Positions 13,740 to 27,710 of a DNA stretch of 64,000 bases are shown in pieces. The first letter of the stretch is position 1. The number at the start of each line of letters is the position of its first letter. Below the pieces are notes generated by a model. It was not told the origin of the DNA and ran no database searches. It saw only the letters and a program-made list of their open reading frames with translations. A program made the translations under genes and the position numbers. The DNA is from Geosiphon pyriformis uo1 (lineage: Eukaryota; Fungi; Glomeromycota). The stretch lies in the NCBI GenBank assembly GCA_016748015.1, contig JAAOMT010000436.1:1610847-1674846 (forward strand). Reading direction: 5' to 3'.

Positions 13740-14260
13740 TTTAATTGGTGTTTAATAGGCTGGTATAATTTTCTTCCTCCAGAGAATTGTCAAACTTTTA
13801 ATGTTGGAAACTACAACTCGATTTCAGTCAAAACTTTTACAATTTTTTAGCCCATTGCAAGCATTTTTTTATGTTTGTCAGTGAGAAAGGTTTGGAAGCT
13901 TAGCTATATGTAGCTCCACCTTCACATAAACATCGTTGAATAGAGTCTAAACTAATGTTAAACTTTCTTTTTTTCATTTCCCGTTGTATATCAGTAGTGG
14001 TTAGATGAAATTTTTTTTTGCAAGTTGTATAATTTTGACATCTTGTTTCAGGGCCGTGACTCGATTTCTGCTTTTGGTTGTTCACTTAGGGCTTTTGTTT
14101 CCTCCACCTTTTAACCCAATGAAGTGCTATAGTCTTACTACAATGGTTATACTTTGCTGCAGCTACAAGTCCAAATTTCAGGGTCTTTGGGATGTTTATT
14201 TAAAAAAACGATTTCGTATTCCCTGTGTATTGGAAGAGAAATTTTTGCGTCGTACCTGAT
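13740..14260 (-). mobile_element. Degenerate Tc1/mariner transposase (N-terminal HTH half)
   Basis: Frameshifted translation REYEIVFLNKHPK..FGLVAAAKY..CSKT..HWVKRW.ETKAL..TTTDIQREMKKRKFNISLDSIQRCL.EGG..KPFLTDKH..QWAKN..FD*NRVVVSN gives the Tc1 HTH/Tc3 domain up to the first catalytic-Asp region. No TIR pair found. Confidence 0.75.
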
Positions 14261-14899
14261 ATAGAAGATCTATTAATCTATGAAAAGTATGAATGATCAG
14301 CAAATATGTCATTTTTTGCCTTGGAAAATCTTAGCTCCAAAAAAAGTTACTGGGGGTAGGATACTTTTGCAGCACGTTAGATTGAGACTTAAATTTAATA
14401 TACTAGAATATATGCGGCCAATCTTGCAACCTGACATCAATATTATAATCCACTATCATAGAAGTAATATTAAAAATTAGGCAAAAAAGTTATCCCAGGC
14501 GTTAAACCATGAAGAAAAAGAGGAAGAAAATTTAGAAGTTTTAAAAAAAGAAGCAGCATTAAATCGATTTTCGAACCATAAAAAGTCAATATGATAAATT
14601 TAGTAAATTCGATTTGTCTTTAGAAAACTAATTTTTTTTTTACTAAAAAGGATACATTATTAGATACTAAATTAAATACATTCTGCTAAATAAGATATTT
14701 TGATTATCAATATTCTATTTCAAAATTTTGGTGATAAACTCTAAAAAAGTTTGTGAAAAAAACACAAACATAATAGGTAAATACTGCCATAATTTAAACC
14801 CACACAAATTTCTTTCATTCTAAATTTTTAAGTTTAAAAGCAGATTAATCAACAATAAGAAACTTTGTTTTTTCATCTATTTTTTCCGTCTTATTTAAA

Positions 14900-15440
14900 A
14901 ATCTAGTAAAAACCATCGGTACAATTACAATTACATATATTTCGAATCCAAATTTTTAAACCAAATCTTTGATAAATATCTATGGCACGATATACGACAC
15001 GGCTAGTAACTTTTGGAGCAACAAGAGTTGGAAATTCAGTATTCGCTCAATTACTTTATGAAATCAAAATTGCCAACTACTGTATTACACATGGAAATAA
15101 CCATATACCTCATTTTCCTCCTAAAATTATAAAAGAGCATTTAATAAAACATTTTGAAATGAAAATTTGGATAAAGCCCGAAAATAATTATGAATGTAAA
15201 GGAGACAACTTTGAGATTTATGAATGTCAAGATATTTTCGAATTTCCTAAATTTAACAAAGAAGAGAGTAAGAACCAAATAAGTTTTGACCAAAAATAAT
15301 AAAAGCTTCTTTTATTCATAATTAGGTTTACCAATTTTTAAACTATTTAGAAATGTAATATTGGTCAATCAATTGACAATGTACCTGATAATTTTATCCA
15401 TAGAAGAAATTATTTTTGAACCATTTTCGGAAATTGTTGA
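14900..15440 (+). pseudogene. Class-3 lipase-like pseudogene (last two exons)
   Basis: TFGATRVGN, CITHGNNHIPHFP (Asp to Asn), HFEMKIW. The expected splice donor reads ATAAGT. Last exon KCNIGQSIDNVPDNFIHRRNYF* has a premature stop. 5' exons are not recognisable. Confidence 0.8.
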
Positions 15441-16212
15441 AAAATTTATTAGTAATTTGAGAAAAAGGCCAAATTTATTCAACATGATGCTTCGAATGTG
15501 TCGTGTGAAATCAAGAAATATCATTGTTAATTCAATTTTTAACTCAAATAAAATGAAATTTATAGAAATATGTAATATTATATTTAGAAGAAATTTACTC
15601 AAGGCATTAAAGATAGATATTTTAATCAAATATAATTTTTTTATTTAAAGATAATAGCAAAAATTATTATTAATTGCAAATTCATGTGATTATTATTAAA
15701 ATTACATTTTTAACAAACAAAAAATATTTAATATCTATTTTTTTCCTTCCTTCCCTCTAGCTTTTGAATAATAATTTCACTTTTCAATTCAAAAAAATGA
15801 ATTATGTTTATTATAGAATAACTGAATTACAAAAGATTGAAGATGAGGTTTTTTGTTTTAAATTCAAAAAAATTTTCAGCAATTCCGGTAATTGTTTTAG
15901 CTAATTAAACAAGTCTTAATTATATGAAAATTATTTAAATATAAATTCAAGAAGAAAAAATTAATGTGGAAACAAATGTGAAAAATATTTTGTATAATTT
16001 GGAAAAGAAATGTAAATTCCATAAATGAAAACTTTATTACATAATAGTGTGTTTTTATTATATAATTCAGAAAAATAATAATTATGTAAAAAGGCTCCAC
16101 AAATAAAAGATAAATTATTAAATTATATAATGATATCTTTGCAATTAGAATTCTGGTATCTGATTATTATTTAAAAAATGGGTATCCTTTAAATGTTGCT
16201 TCGATCTGGGTA

Positions 16213-17741
16213 TTACTTAGAGTTACACTTCATAAGAGTTCCAAAATAGGGACCTTGATGACTCCACCAAAATCCTTTCCAATGTTTATTTATACAAATC
16301 TAAAAGATATAAAAATGTTTGGTTATTATTAAGAATATCATAAAAGGCAATACATTGTTTTTTCAAAGATTCTAAAATTTTGAAATTATGTTAATATTAT
16401 TTTCAAAATAATCTTACCCCACTCTCCAATTCCCCTTCAACAGGCAAACACCTAGAAATTTTGGAGCCTTCAATCCAATACTCCTCCCCGAAATGAGAAT
16501 AATAATTACTCCAATGGTTTTTCAACAGATCTCTATAAGTTGGGGATCTTGGGATATCATCAATCCCATTTGTAGCTCGTATAAGCTTAACTTTTTCGTT
16601 AGCGTATTTTGCAAAGGGGATATCCCCAATTCTCGGACTTCCATAGGTATAAACATTAGGTTTTGGTAGATTAGGTAGTCGAACGAGAAGTGCTGCTAGT
16701 GTCGCGAATACTTTGAAGAAAACATTGGAAATGAAGAAAATTTTAAATCCTTTAATTTTGACAATAACAATAACAATAACAATAACAATAACAATAACAA
16801 TAAAAATAACAATAACAATAACAATAACAATAACAATAACAATAACAATAACAATAAAAATAGCAATAACAACAAATAAACGATAATAATAATAATGAGC
16901 ATTAAAATTAAAAAAGACCTACCTCCTCCGAAACTATAGCCAACAAATACAAGTTCTTTCAAAGGGTTTATTTCACTTTTCCAGGTTATAAAAAGTTTGA
17001 GGAAGGCATCTCTCATTTTAACAAACTGCAAATACCAGCCTTTGTTGACTCGGAATTTTTGAGCATCAAATGTAACATCTATAAATGCTTTATGTTTAAG
17101 AAATTCTTTAGCCTTTTCTTCGTTCGCAGCAAATGATATTACAAGTTTGTTTTTGAGGACTTTCCGAGTAACTTTTGACAAAAAAAAACAAAAAAAAAAC
17201 AAACAATTTTAATTAATTTTAATATTCAAACTAAGCATTAAAGTTTGAAATTCAGAACTTAAAAATAAAAAATATACCATAAACTTCATCAGAAAGTATA
17301 ATCCTTTGATCACATATTGCTTGCTTTGCTAATACCGCATACGAACGAAGGTTCTCTATATCACGGTAGTATGTGTTACCAGTTTCGTCATAAATTTGAA
17401 CGTCTGTTGGAATTTCAGGTTGATCGGCTACTCCTGCAAGTAACTGATCACTGCTTGAAGACGATAATTCATTAGCCCCAACTATATTTGCCATATTGTA
17501 TACTTGATTTGTATCTGATAACTCATTTTCTGATTTGTTCGAATCAAAATTTTCGAAAGGCAATTTATCAAGAGAGGATGACAATTCTCCATCACCTAGA
17601 TTTGAATAGGTATTAATTGCCGTGGAAAACTCGTAATCAGTACCAGTATTATCAGAGGATAGGTCTAATTCTTCGGGAGTCACATTTATATTTCCAGATT
17701 CAGCTTTAATGTCAGGAATATTCTCAAGGACTGTTGTTGAT

Positions 17742-17790
<49 letters not shown>

Positions 17791-17938
17791 CAATATTGAA
17801 ATCATATGAAGAAGCCGTATTAGAAACTTGGGGATCTGTTTCCAAATCTATTGGTTTGCTATTGACTTGAAAATTGACGAGAAAACTCAAAGCGTAAGAC
17901 GCTAAAAAAATGTAAAATATTCTAAATTCTAAATACAT
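16213..17938 (-). CDS. Secreted class-3 lipase, Ser-bearing, 4 exons (17938-17278, 17171-16923, 16710-16418, 16299-16213), ~429 aa
   Basis: Open 1290-nt spliced CDS. Signal peptide and acidic/poly-Asn pro-region. Motifs VGYSFGG, YTYGSPRIGD, NGIDDIP, HQGPYFG. Confidence 0.88.
16761..16873. repeat. (AACAAT)n microsatellite inside intron 2 of the 16213-17938 lipase
   Basis: Direct reading; produces the artefactual poly-Leu in ORF 16696-17202. Confidence 0.95.
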
Positions 17939-19592
17939 TTTGATAACAAAAATTTAATTTTATTCTATTGCAATTATATCCATTTTTTATACTGTTTAGG
18001 TCACCAAAAACAGAAAATCTTCACACTTATAATGATCATCAATCATTTGCATAACATTTTATCATACGATAGACTATTTGTACAGGGAAATAATATGTAC
18101 AATGTTTTATCATTAGTATTGAGCAAAATGATAGATAAGGTAAACAGGAAAAAAGTTATTCTCATTGAAACTTCTTCTTTGTTTTATATACATCCAAAAG
18201 TTTTTCTTGAAAATAGCTCTCATTGGTTTTAAATTTAATTTTTAGTATTTCCGGCTTGAGGTTAATACTTCAAGATTTATTTTGCTATACAAATCATTTG
18301 GCTTTATTTTATTTTTAGAAGCACAAAATTTTTTGTCCTTTTGATTAATTTGAGAGTAATTATTTTTTGCTTCCTCGTCTTTTAACCACTTTTTCCGAGA
18401 TTTATAATAACTAGAATCAAGTTTCTATAGATGAAAAAATTAAAATTATGAAAAAACCTAAGAAATATTGTATTGATTGTCAAAATATTAAAAATCTAAC
18501 AACGAAACTTTTTTCAAAACCTGATTTGAGAAATTATAATTTTTTTTCGGCAAAAGAATGAATATGTAATTAAAAATAAAATAATTAAAGTTTTAATATT
18601 TTGTTTAAAGAAATATATAGCAAAAATTATATATTATTTTAAAAAATTCAAATTTTAAAAGATTATCCTTGTATTGTATCATTCAATGATTCGAAATAAT
18701 ATTAAAATTTAATCATTCCAACGGTAACCTTATGAGGAATTTTATCTGTTAAATTTAACATAATTCTTCGTAGATTTATACATAGGTAGCGTATGACTGA
18801 AATTATAAATTATAATGAAAAAACCATTCAAAAAAAATATCATTTTTTACATTAAAATTTTCTAATTTTATTTTTTAAAAGTTTTTTATTATTAAATGTA
18901 ATTTGAGAAATTAGACTATAATAATTAAACTTCACAAAATATTTTTTATATTCTTTGAAACTTTAATATTCACCAAATTTTGAAAAGTAATTTATTTATT
19001 TGTACTTGTATATCCTTTTTGATCATATGAAAGATTATCCGTTATCTAGTACCTGGGATAAATTTTCCGGAAAGGATACAAATAATTTTTTTTTCTTAAA
19101 AAAAATCGGAAAATAAAAACACTATTTAACACACAAACTTTCTAGCATCTTAGCAAATGAATTTAAGATGAAGTAGATTAATAGTATTTCCACTGATCAT
19201 ACCATTTGTATTTGTATTTGTATTTACTAAAGAAATTTATCCTAAATAACATTTTTATACACACTAATAAAAAAAAAATTACTTGAAATGACGAATTTTT
19301 TAATTAGATAAATCTTTGGAAAAAATAAAATTCTCAGTTTTTATATTAATTTAATGAAATATCAAAACTCTTGAGCCCTTACAGAAAATGCTAATGACAA
19401 AAAAATATTCTTGATCTATATCCTATTTAAAAAGAAATGCTCCCAAAAATATAGATGATTGCCAAAACTATGTTGATCAATTTAGTAAATTCAATGTCAC
19501 ACACACACATACACACACGCACACACACACAGTATTGCCAGTTGATTATCGAGAATAAATTTTATCAATATATTAATCATATGATTCTCTAC

Positions 19593-21433
19593 CTAATCAT
19601 CACCATCACACTTCCCCATCATAACCCCTAAAAAAGGCCCTTTATGATTCTCTCCTTGTAGACTTTTCGCAGAATTGGCGCAATTCTAAAGAGGGATTTC
19701 AAAATTTTTTAAATTTTCAATCCACGTTTTAGAATTCTAGTTTCTCCCCCCACTCCCCACTCCCCACTCCCCTTTTTCAAAAAATTTAATAACACTTACA
19801 ATAGACTCATGATTAAAATTCGGTGGACATTTATACAAATTTCCATCGTACGCTATCCAATACTCAATCCCGTGATGTTGATAAAACCAAGGATAAAATG
19901 ATGTAGGGAACATCGAAAATTGATCAAAAAGACGAGTTACCCGAGAAATTGTCAATTTTTTTTGGTTGATTAACCGCCTTACGTACTTTCCAAAGATCAT
20001 ATCGCCAATTCGTGGACTACTATAAGTATAGACCTCTACTGGAATTTTGTTGGTCATTGATGATGAATTTTCTATGAAATGTATAGCTGTGAATTCTGCA
20101 AATGCTGAAATTAATTTTTGATAATGCCCATCATACTATTTAATATCTAACATTTGTAATTTTAATGGATAAAATATTCACAAGAATTCTATTAAAGATT
20201 GCAAACCTCCACCGTATCCATGTCCTGTGAGGCAAATTTTGTAATCAGGATACTCTTTAATTATTCCTGATAAATAAAACATCAATATATCAACAGAATT
20301 TGCCCAAGTCTCATATAAATACTTATCCACGCGCCGTCCAAAAGAAATGTCCTTCGAAGAATTGATACTAGCCCGTGGGTATTTAGTATAAGACGGTAAC
20401 AATATTAACTGTTGATACCAAAGAGCTTCATTTCCTCTGAAATAAAGAATTATCTCTTTTGCTTCTTTATCTTTCATAATTTTTGCTGGTGTTTCGAGAT
20501 GAATCATTTAATATTTGAAGAGATGCAAGAAAAAGGCAGGCATGAAAATTTCGAAAATTGAAAACCTTGAAAATCTTGTAAATCAACATCCATGTTTTGA
20601 CAATAAGCTAAATTTGAAAATTTTGCAAATCGCTTCAATCTTCCTAAAAAATTTGTATCTACTACTTTCTTGACGTTATCCGGTAACGGTGACGAGCTTG
20701 GGAAACTTAATGGACTGTCAACATCTCCTTTTAAAGAATTTAATGGATCATAAGCTATTTCTAAATAGGATATTCCCATTTCATCGTTATGTCGATTGTC
20801 TTTGGATTGTTTAAGAATTTTGTTGTTTTCAAAGTCAACTGAATATGATTTAAAATGTTGGTTCGGTTGAAAATCTTTATCAAGAGGTTGATAATAATAG
20901 GGCAAAGTAAACAAGGGTTTCTGTTGAATCCGGTTGTTTATTAATTGATTGTTAACAATTTGTAAATTTTTCTCGCTGAACAACTGCTCAATGTTATTGT
21001 TTAAAACTAAATTTGAGTTATATATCTCGTCCTCTTTAGGGATATAAGGGACAAGAGTATCTGCCTCTGATTCCAAATTCCAGGAACAGGCACAAAATTT
21101 AATAATATTGAAAGGCCATTGATCTCTAAACAATTTGTTGTCAACTTTTTTAGGGGATTCACGAGCTAAAAGTTTTTGGAATTCAGTTTCAGTTTTTTTT
21201 ATGGTTTTGTTGAATTTTTTGTCCATATTAAATGCGGTTTGAAGAGGTAAGCTAGAAATATGGGACTCTTCTGACATTCCAAGACACAAAAATTTCCCGA
21301 GAATGCAGAATATAATCATAGAAAATAAAAAAAAATATAAAGCTGGAGAGTTATAAAAGTGGAATCGAGAAGGATATCTAAGATTCAACATTTTGCAACA
21401 GTGAAATCGAGAAGAATATCTAAGATTTAACAT
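19593..21433 (-). CDS. Class-3 lipase-like protein lacking the catalytic Ser (GHGYG), 4 exons (21433-20566, 20485-20207, 20104-19800, 19685-19593), ~514 aa
   Basis: Open 1545-nt spliced CDS. Hydrophobic N-terminal segment and long stalk. Motifs FSNLAYC, YFRGN, TGHGYGG, YSSPRIGD, RLFDQF, HHGIEYW, HKGPFLG. Confidence 0.86.
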
Positions 21434-22544
21434 TTTTCTCGACTCAAGAAAAGATAAGCTGTTCCTATTTAAGAAATTATTATTGTATTTGAATATTCGA
21501 TCACGCGATCAATCGAAACACTAACTCATCTGATTAATGAGACATTAAATTTTTTGATTTCGGAGAAGGCATGTACTGACATTTTACCATGAGAAATTCA
21601 AAATTTTTTTAAAATAGCTAGACAGAATTAAAAATATTATAATTTTAATAAATATAGTATAATATAATATAATATAATATAATATTTTTCAGATGACTTA
21701 TTATGGCTTTAATATAAATGATTCAACGATGTTAAATATTAGATAAAAATTTTTCGGTTTCATTTGCATTGCAATAAAATCATTAAAAGGTGTAAAATGA
21801 CTAAATTACTCTAAAAAGAATAGAAATTAAAGTTTATGTAATAACACTTATTTTAACAATTTTATGTCCAATTTTATTTTTAAACTTCAAAAATATTTGG
21901 CATAAACATTTCAATAAAAAAAAATACAATATTATATTATTTAAAAATAGAATATGAGAAACTGCTTAAATATAATCATTAATAAGACTTTTGAAATTTT
22001 TTGATTCATATTTAAAATTAGACATATTTTTTTTTAAAAAAAATGATTTTGATAATTTAGATTTTATATTTTTAGTAATTATTTTATTGAAATTATTATT
22101 TATATATTTAACATTTGTTTAATCTTTAAAATATATTTGAAAAAAATTATTTTAAATAAAATTTAATTTATTTATTATTTTTTTTATGTAAAATATATTT
22201 TACAATAAAAATATTTATCTTGTTTTTAAAATAAGATAATTAATTGTATATATCTATATATTTTTTAATTATAGTTAAATTGGTTTTTAACTTATTTATT
22301 TAGCTTTATATATGATTCAAAGTAAACTTTTACATATATTATTTTAAAATTTTTTTATTACTATTTATATGTTGTATGGTTTTTGAATTTTTCAAATTAT
22401 CATATATAAATCACAAAAATATTGTTTTTTTGTGATTTGTATTTTTTGGCATTTTGTCCATTCTCATTTTACAAATGTATAAATTATTTTTTAATTTTTT
22501 TCTTGTTTAAAGTGTAATAATTTTTCAAAATATTAATATAATAA

Positions 22545-22792
22545 TGTTATGAGGAGACGAGTTTAAAATGAAGCCGGAACCATGTAAGACAAATAAACAA
22601 ATTAAACAAGACAGAACTAACTTAGACTTTTATTTCCGTTACTGGCGTTAATCTGCTTGAGGGATTGGAAACAGACTCAACCAGATCTTCTTTTTATATC
22701 TGGTACTCACAAAAATTTCTTACTGTAAACTACACCTATGAAAGAACTAGAATATTTCGGAATGTTCCATGATGTTCTGTATGCCCGTGACA
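22545..22792 (-). mobile_element. Solo LTR (248 bp) of an LTR retrotransposon
   Basis: TG...CA termini with imperfect terminal inverted repeat (TGTTATG / CGTGACA). 5-bp direct repeat AATAA on both flanks (22540-22544, 22793-22797). Higher GC than flanks, with TATAAAA on the minus strand near 22690-22698. Confidence 0.7.
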
Positions 22793-23690
22793 AATAATAA
22801 ATTTTAAAAATTATTAAAACTGAATATTAATCTGATGTTTATTTTCAATTTTTACATGTTACAAATCAGGGTCTTTAATTGAATAGGTCAAATAGATGTA
22901 CATATACTTTTGTTACATTTCAAGAATTAAGGCAATTTATGATGATGATGATGATGATGAAATGAATTGATATTCCAAATTCTGTTCAAATTAGTTTTAG
23001 CTGAATCAATGAAAATCTATAATTTATTAATAAATCACTTGGTTTCAGTTTTCAAATAATATTTTTTTTGTCTGATTGAGGAGTAACATGAAATTTGTTT
23101 GACTGTAAATAAAGAAAAAGCGGTTTATTTATTTATAATGAGAAATAAAAAAAAACCAATCGAATAATAAGGCTTTTGATAGAAGTAGAAGATAGTTCTA
23201 AACTTGAAAATATACTAATTAAAAAAAAAATTCTTCAAGCATTAATTACCTACAAGTGCTTTTTTTTTTTTTTGGAAAACCTTGTTCATCTTATTTGATT
23301 TTGAAATCATCAGCCAACAAGCGAGCGCATGTAAACATTTCAATCTTTTAAACATTTTCAAGTCAAGAACTTTCCATATTTAGGTAATTTCTAGCCTCAT
23401 TAACTTTGAAAGAAACACCGTTTTTTTAAAGTAAATTAAAATATTTTTTTACTGAACAATTGTGAAGTCCAAACTAAGATTAAAATTCTCACTCTTTCCT
23501 TTAGTAAAAAATTTACAAATAGCTTTCATCATCGATATCAGAGATTAAAATTGTGAATTCGATTGACAACCTATTAATCATGAAACAAATGATATCCGAT
23601 TTAAAATAAACAAAATTAACGTCTAAATAAAACTTTTTAGCATGATTATTTTTAGTAATCAAAAATTTTTTCTGTTTTTTAAATTTAAAG

Positions 23691-25239
23691 ATGGCAAATA
23701 CTGGTAAAGGTAAACGATTTCGGCCATCAGCAAGCGTCAAATCAAAAGCATTATCCTTGTCTTTTTTAATCGTTTTCTTACTTTACTTTTTCGCTATTCT
23801 CTTATCAAAAATTCAAAATAAACGTCTCACTCGGAACATTGATACTAAAAATGATTCAACTCAAATTTTTCAAAGAACCCCTCCTCTTCGCACTCTTGTT
23901 TCGAATTCTTCAATCAATTATCAGCTTAAGTCAATATCTCCATTTCTATATGTAAAGCTACGACGACATAACTCAAGGAATTTACCATCTAATTCTTCTG
24001 GATCAAACTCAAATCTGCCAAGAACCCATCCGATGAAACAACCATTTCCTATAAGTTACAATCTTGAAGCTTTTTTTCGTCAAATGGCGACGTTTGCTAA
24101 TATGGCCTATTGCTGCCCTAATAATGGGGTGGGAAAGTTTGTTACGCGAGGTGATGTAAAAGGTATTAATTGAATGTTTAAAGATTTATTTCTAACTAGA
24201 GATCATACAATCCAAATCTTTCTAACAAAAAAATAATTTTCATCTAAAAATTAAACCCTATAGCTGACGTAATATTAGATCAAAAAGAGAATTTTATTGT
24301 GGCAATTTTCAAAGGACCACTACTATCTAAATCACAATGGGAAAAACGTGAAATTGTGATGGTTCCATATAACGTATTGGGGAAACCAAAAAATTCTCTT
24401 ATACGTGTAGACAAGATATGGTATGAAGATGTGATGTCAATGCGTTCTGAAATGTTTACAAAAATAGAAAGGGGAGTTCGTTTGACACCTGAGAGACGTA
24501 GGTTATTGTTTGTCGGACATGGTGTTGGTGGTGGTAGGTCTTTTTAAATGTAACAAAAATTTTTGTAATATTGCGAAATCTCAAATAATTTTTGATTTTA
24601 GAATAATAAAACTTTTTTTTTCAGCATATGCGGCAATAGCTGGCCTTACCTGGCTAATTGAAAGGGATATTGACCGTAACTATCGATCGACAAAAGGAGA
24701 TAAATTGGACATTTTCACAAAAGTAATTACCTTTGGTGCACCTCGGTTTGGAAATGTTTGGCTGGCCCGTCTTATCAATAAATATAATGGAACTTTTGTA
24801 AGATTCACTTTTTTCAATGATCCGACACCCCTTTTTCCTCCGATTAAAAGTGGCAATGATATTTTATCACATCATGAAACGGAATTGTGGATTCCAATGG
24901 ATAATTGTGACTGCTCAAAAATATGGCTATGTGAAGGGTTTTTTAAGAAGTCAACTTTTGATGAAACAGCTTCTAGTAAAAAAGAAGGTTTAGACGATAA
25001 TCCCTTTCCAGAGGATATATTTTTTCCCTATGGTTACGAAGCGGGTGAAAATAAGGTGAATTATCTGTTTTATTTTAAGAACGTTCTAATTTGAAAAATT
25101 TAACTAAAAATTTTCAAACTACTTTTAGGAATGTAGCTCAGGTCAATCGATTGCCAATGTCCCTCCAAATTTTTTACATACAGGACCTTATTTTGATATT
25201 GTAATGAATGATTGTTCCATGTTTGATTTTGGTTTTTAA
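23691..25239 (+). CDS. Class-3 lipase-like protein lacking the catalytic Ser (GHGVG), 4 exons (23691-24162, 24264-24533, 24625-25055, 25129-25239), ~427 aa
   Basis: Open 1284-nt spliced CDS. Basic N-tail plus hydrophobic anchor. Motifs FANMAYC, IFKGP, VGHGVGG, TFGAPRFGN, FNDPTPLFP, HHETELW, HTGPYF. Confidence 0.88.
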
Positions 25240-26789
25240 AGCAATTTTTAAATATAAATATATTTCAGGCCAGTCCTAAATGTTGGGCAAGAAAAATTAC
25301 TGTAATTTCACTAAAAAATTAGTTTCTCAAGAAATTTCAAAATGAACTTAAGTAAAAGATAGATTTGAAATAAAATTTTTCAAAAAAACTTATTAGTTTT
25401 GAGAATATATTCAAAAGACGGTCCCACAATATTTTAGGGGAAAATTTAATATGAAAAGAGTATAGAAATCTCTTGGACTAATATGTATTTCTATCAATTA
25501 ACAGAATTCGTAACTTTTTATGTGGACATAATTTTAAAAGTTTTAAAGAATATCGCTAATCCAAGAGATATTCTACTGATATTGTCGCTTCATAAAAGAA
25601 TTACATGAATTGAATTTAGAAATTTTTTAATAAAATAGATTAGTCTACATGCTAATTTTTTGAATATAAAATTTTTGTTTAAAATTTATTTTAGAAAAAA
25701 TTGAATTCAACTGAGAATTTTTTTTAAAATATTGGAAGCCTTAATAGTTCTTTGAAATTAAGCTTGGGAGACCTTTAGAGGTTTTATTGCTTTTAGTTAT
25801 ACAATCGACTCATTAAACCCATATTTATTAACATTTTTTATTCTATTCTAGCGAATACCTGTAAAGTATTTTATTTTATTAAACTCTCTCTAAATAATAG
25901 TTTTGACAAGAGAATAAATTCCGTAATGAAAACCTACCCGCTTTACTTTCTCAATGTCTATTAGAAAAAGAAAATTTCTGTGACTTAAAACTCTAAAAAC
26001 GTTTATTTGCGTGATTTTTGGTATGTCATTTAGTCTAAACCTGTCTAACGGATTTGGTCCATGAGTTTTTTTGGGGGAACCTCATCTTCATGTGTTATTT
26101 TTCTTAAAAGCTACATAAAATTTCACAACCAAAGTTGATCCGTTTCTCATGTAAATGAGTTTTTGTGAAAACTTTGCTGCCCAATACATGTACATGTATC
26201 TCCAAAAAATTCATTATCTTCGAAACTCTTGACGAATTTACTATTATTATTATTATTATTTTTAGTATTACAAGATTTTCAAAACCAGCTATCACAATCT
26301 AAGCCAAGATTTTTGTTCTGTGACACGAAATATCTCATTTTTATTTTATTTAGATCAGAAATTATCCAATTTATATTTATAGCTTTTAGATTAATACATA
26401 TTCTTAATTTTAAATTAAAAATTTTGAATTTTATAAAACATATACTGTCAAAAAGCAATTGCTTTTAAACCCATTTAAATGACCATTACACTTCAACTAA
26501 TACATAGAATTAAATGAAAATTATTTTCATTTGAAAGAAAAGAAAATCAAAAACTTTTTTTTGAATATTTTAAATAAAATAATTATTGAACATTTCTCTT
26601 TTTAATCTTTGATTATGTAAATTTAAAAAATTTCTCAATAAACTCATTACAAAAAAATTAGGTTTATGTAAAAATTATTATTTAATTTTTTTTAGTACAA
26701 AAAAAATTGGTTTATAATTTTATATCAATATTAAATTGTATATAAAAATAACTTAAAAGCTGTTTTATTCCAAAAAATTAATAAATATT

Positions 26790-26832
<43 letters not shown>

Positions 26833-27710
26833 TCTTTTTTTTTAACTAATTTTAATTAAAAAAAAATTAAAACAGAATTATTTGGAATTTTATTATTATA
26901 TTATATAAAATTATTTATTTAATTAATTAATTAATTAATTAATTAAACATATTTTTTATTGTAATTTACAATTTTATTCATTATTTTTTAATCAAAATAT
27001 TTTTATAAATAAATTTTACCTTTACTATAGAGAGAATGTAATACATCATATAATCTATCCTTTTTTAAAAAATATCTTTTCTTGTTAGATTTTTATCTTG
27101 GTAAAAACATAACATTAAATAGAATAAGCTTGGTCTTTATGAAAAAGAGATTATAGTTGATAAATTATTTTAACCAAGTGTATCGTATGATTGTGTCTAA
27201 AAATGAATAAGATCGTTAATTTCATTTCCTTCTTATTTTTAAAAAATAGGGACTGGTTTTTTTACTCATTAAACAATTAAAAAGTTGTAATCCAAGATCG
27301 GAGCTAGTTTTTTTAAAAAGAGGGGTAAAATAATATTTAATTTTTTTATTACTGATCGACTCTTGCATTCCAATGTCATCAGAGTCAACGCATATTGTTC
27401 AATAAAAAAAAAAAAATTTGTTTTGGGGTATTATTGCGTGTTCTATGATTCTATTGAGTTTCGAGGATTTTTCGAATTTTAGTTTTCGATACATTTACAA
27501 ATTATAAGTTAAGAGATGGTAGATACAAAAGCACTTGGGGAAAACCGTCGATTTGCTGATAAGATTTGTTATCAACGATAACCTCCATCGATCAGCGGAA
27601 TTACCCCTTGCCCGCACATAATCTTTAAAAATTATCTTTTTAATCCGTATTAAATTTTACTTTTAGTAATCCCAATGTTCATAATGATCTCCCGAGAACA
27701 GAATTTTAGA

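Noticed and set aside
16696-16920. Poly-Leu transmembrane tail on ORF 16696-17202
   Set aside because: Lies in intron 2 (donor after 16923) and is the (AACAAT)n microsatellite.
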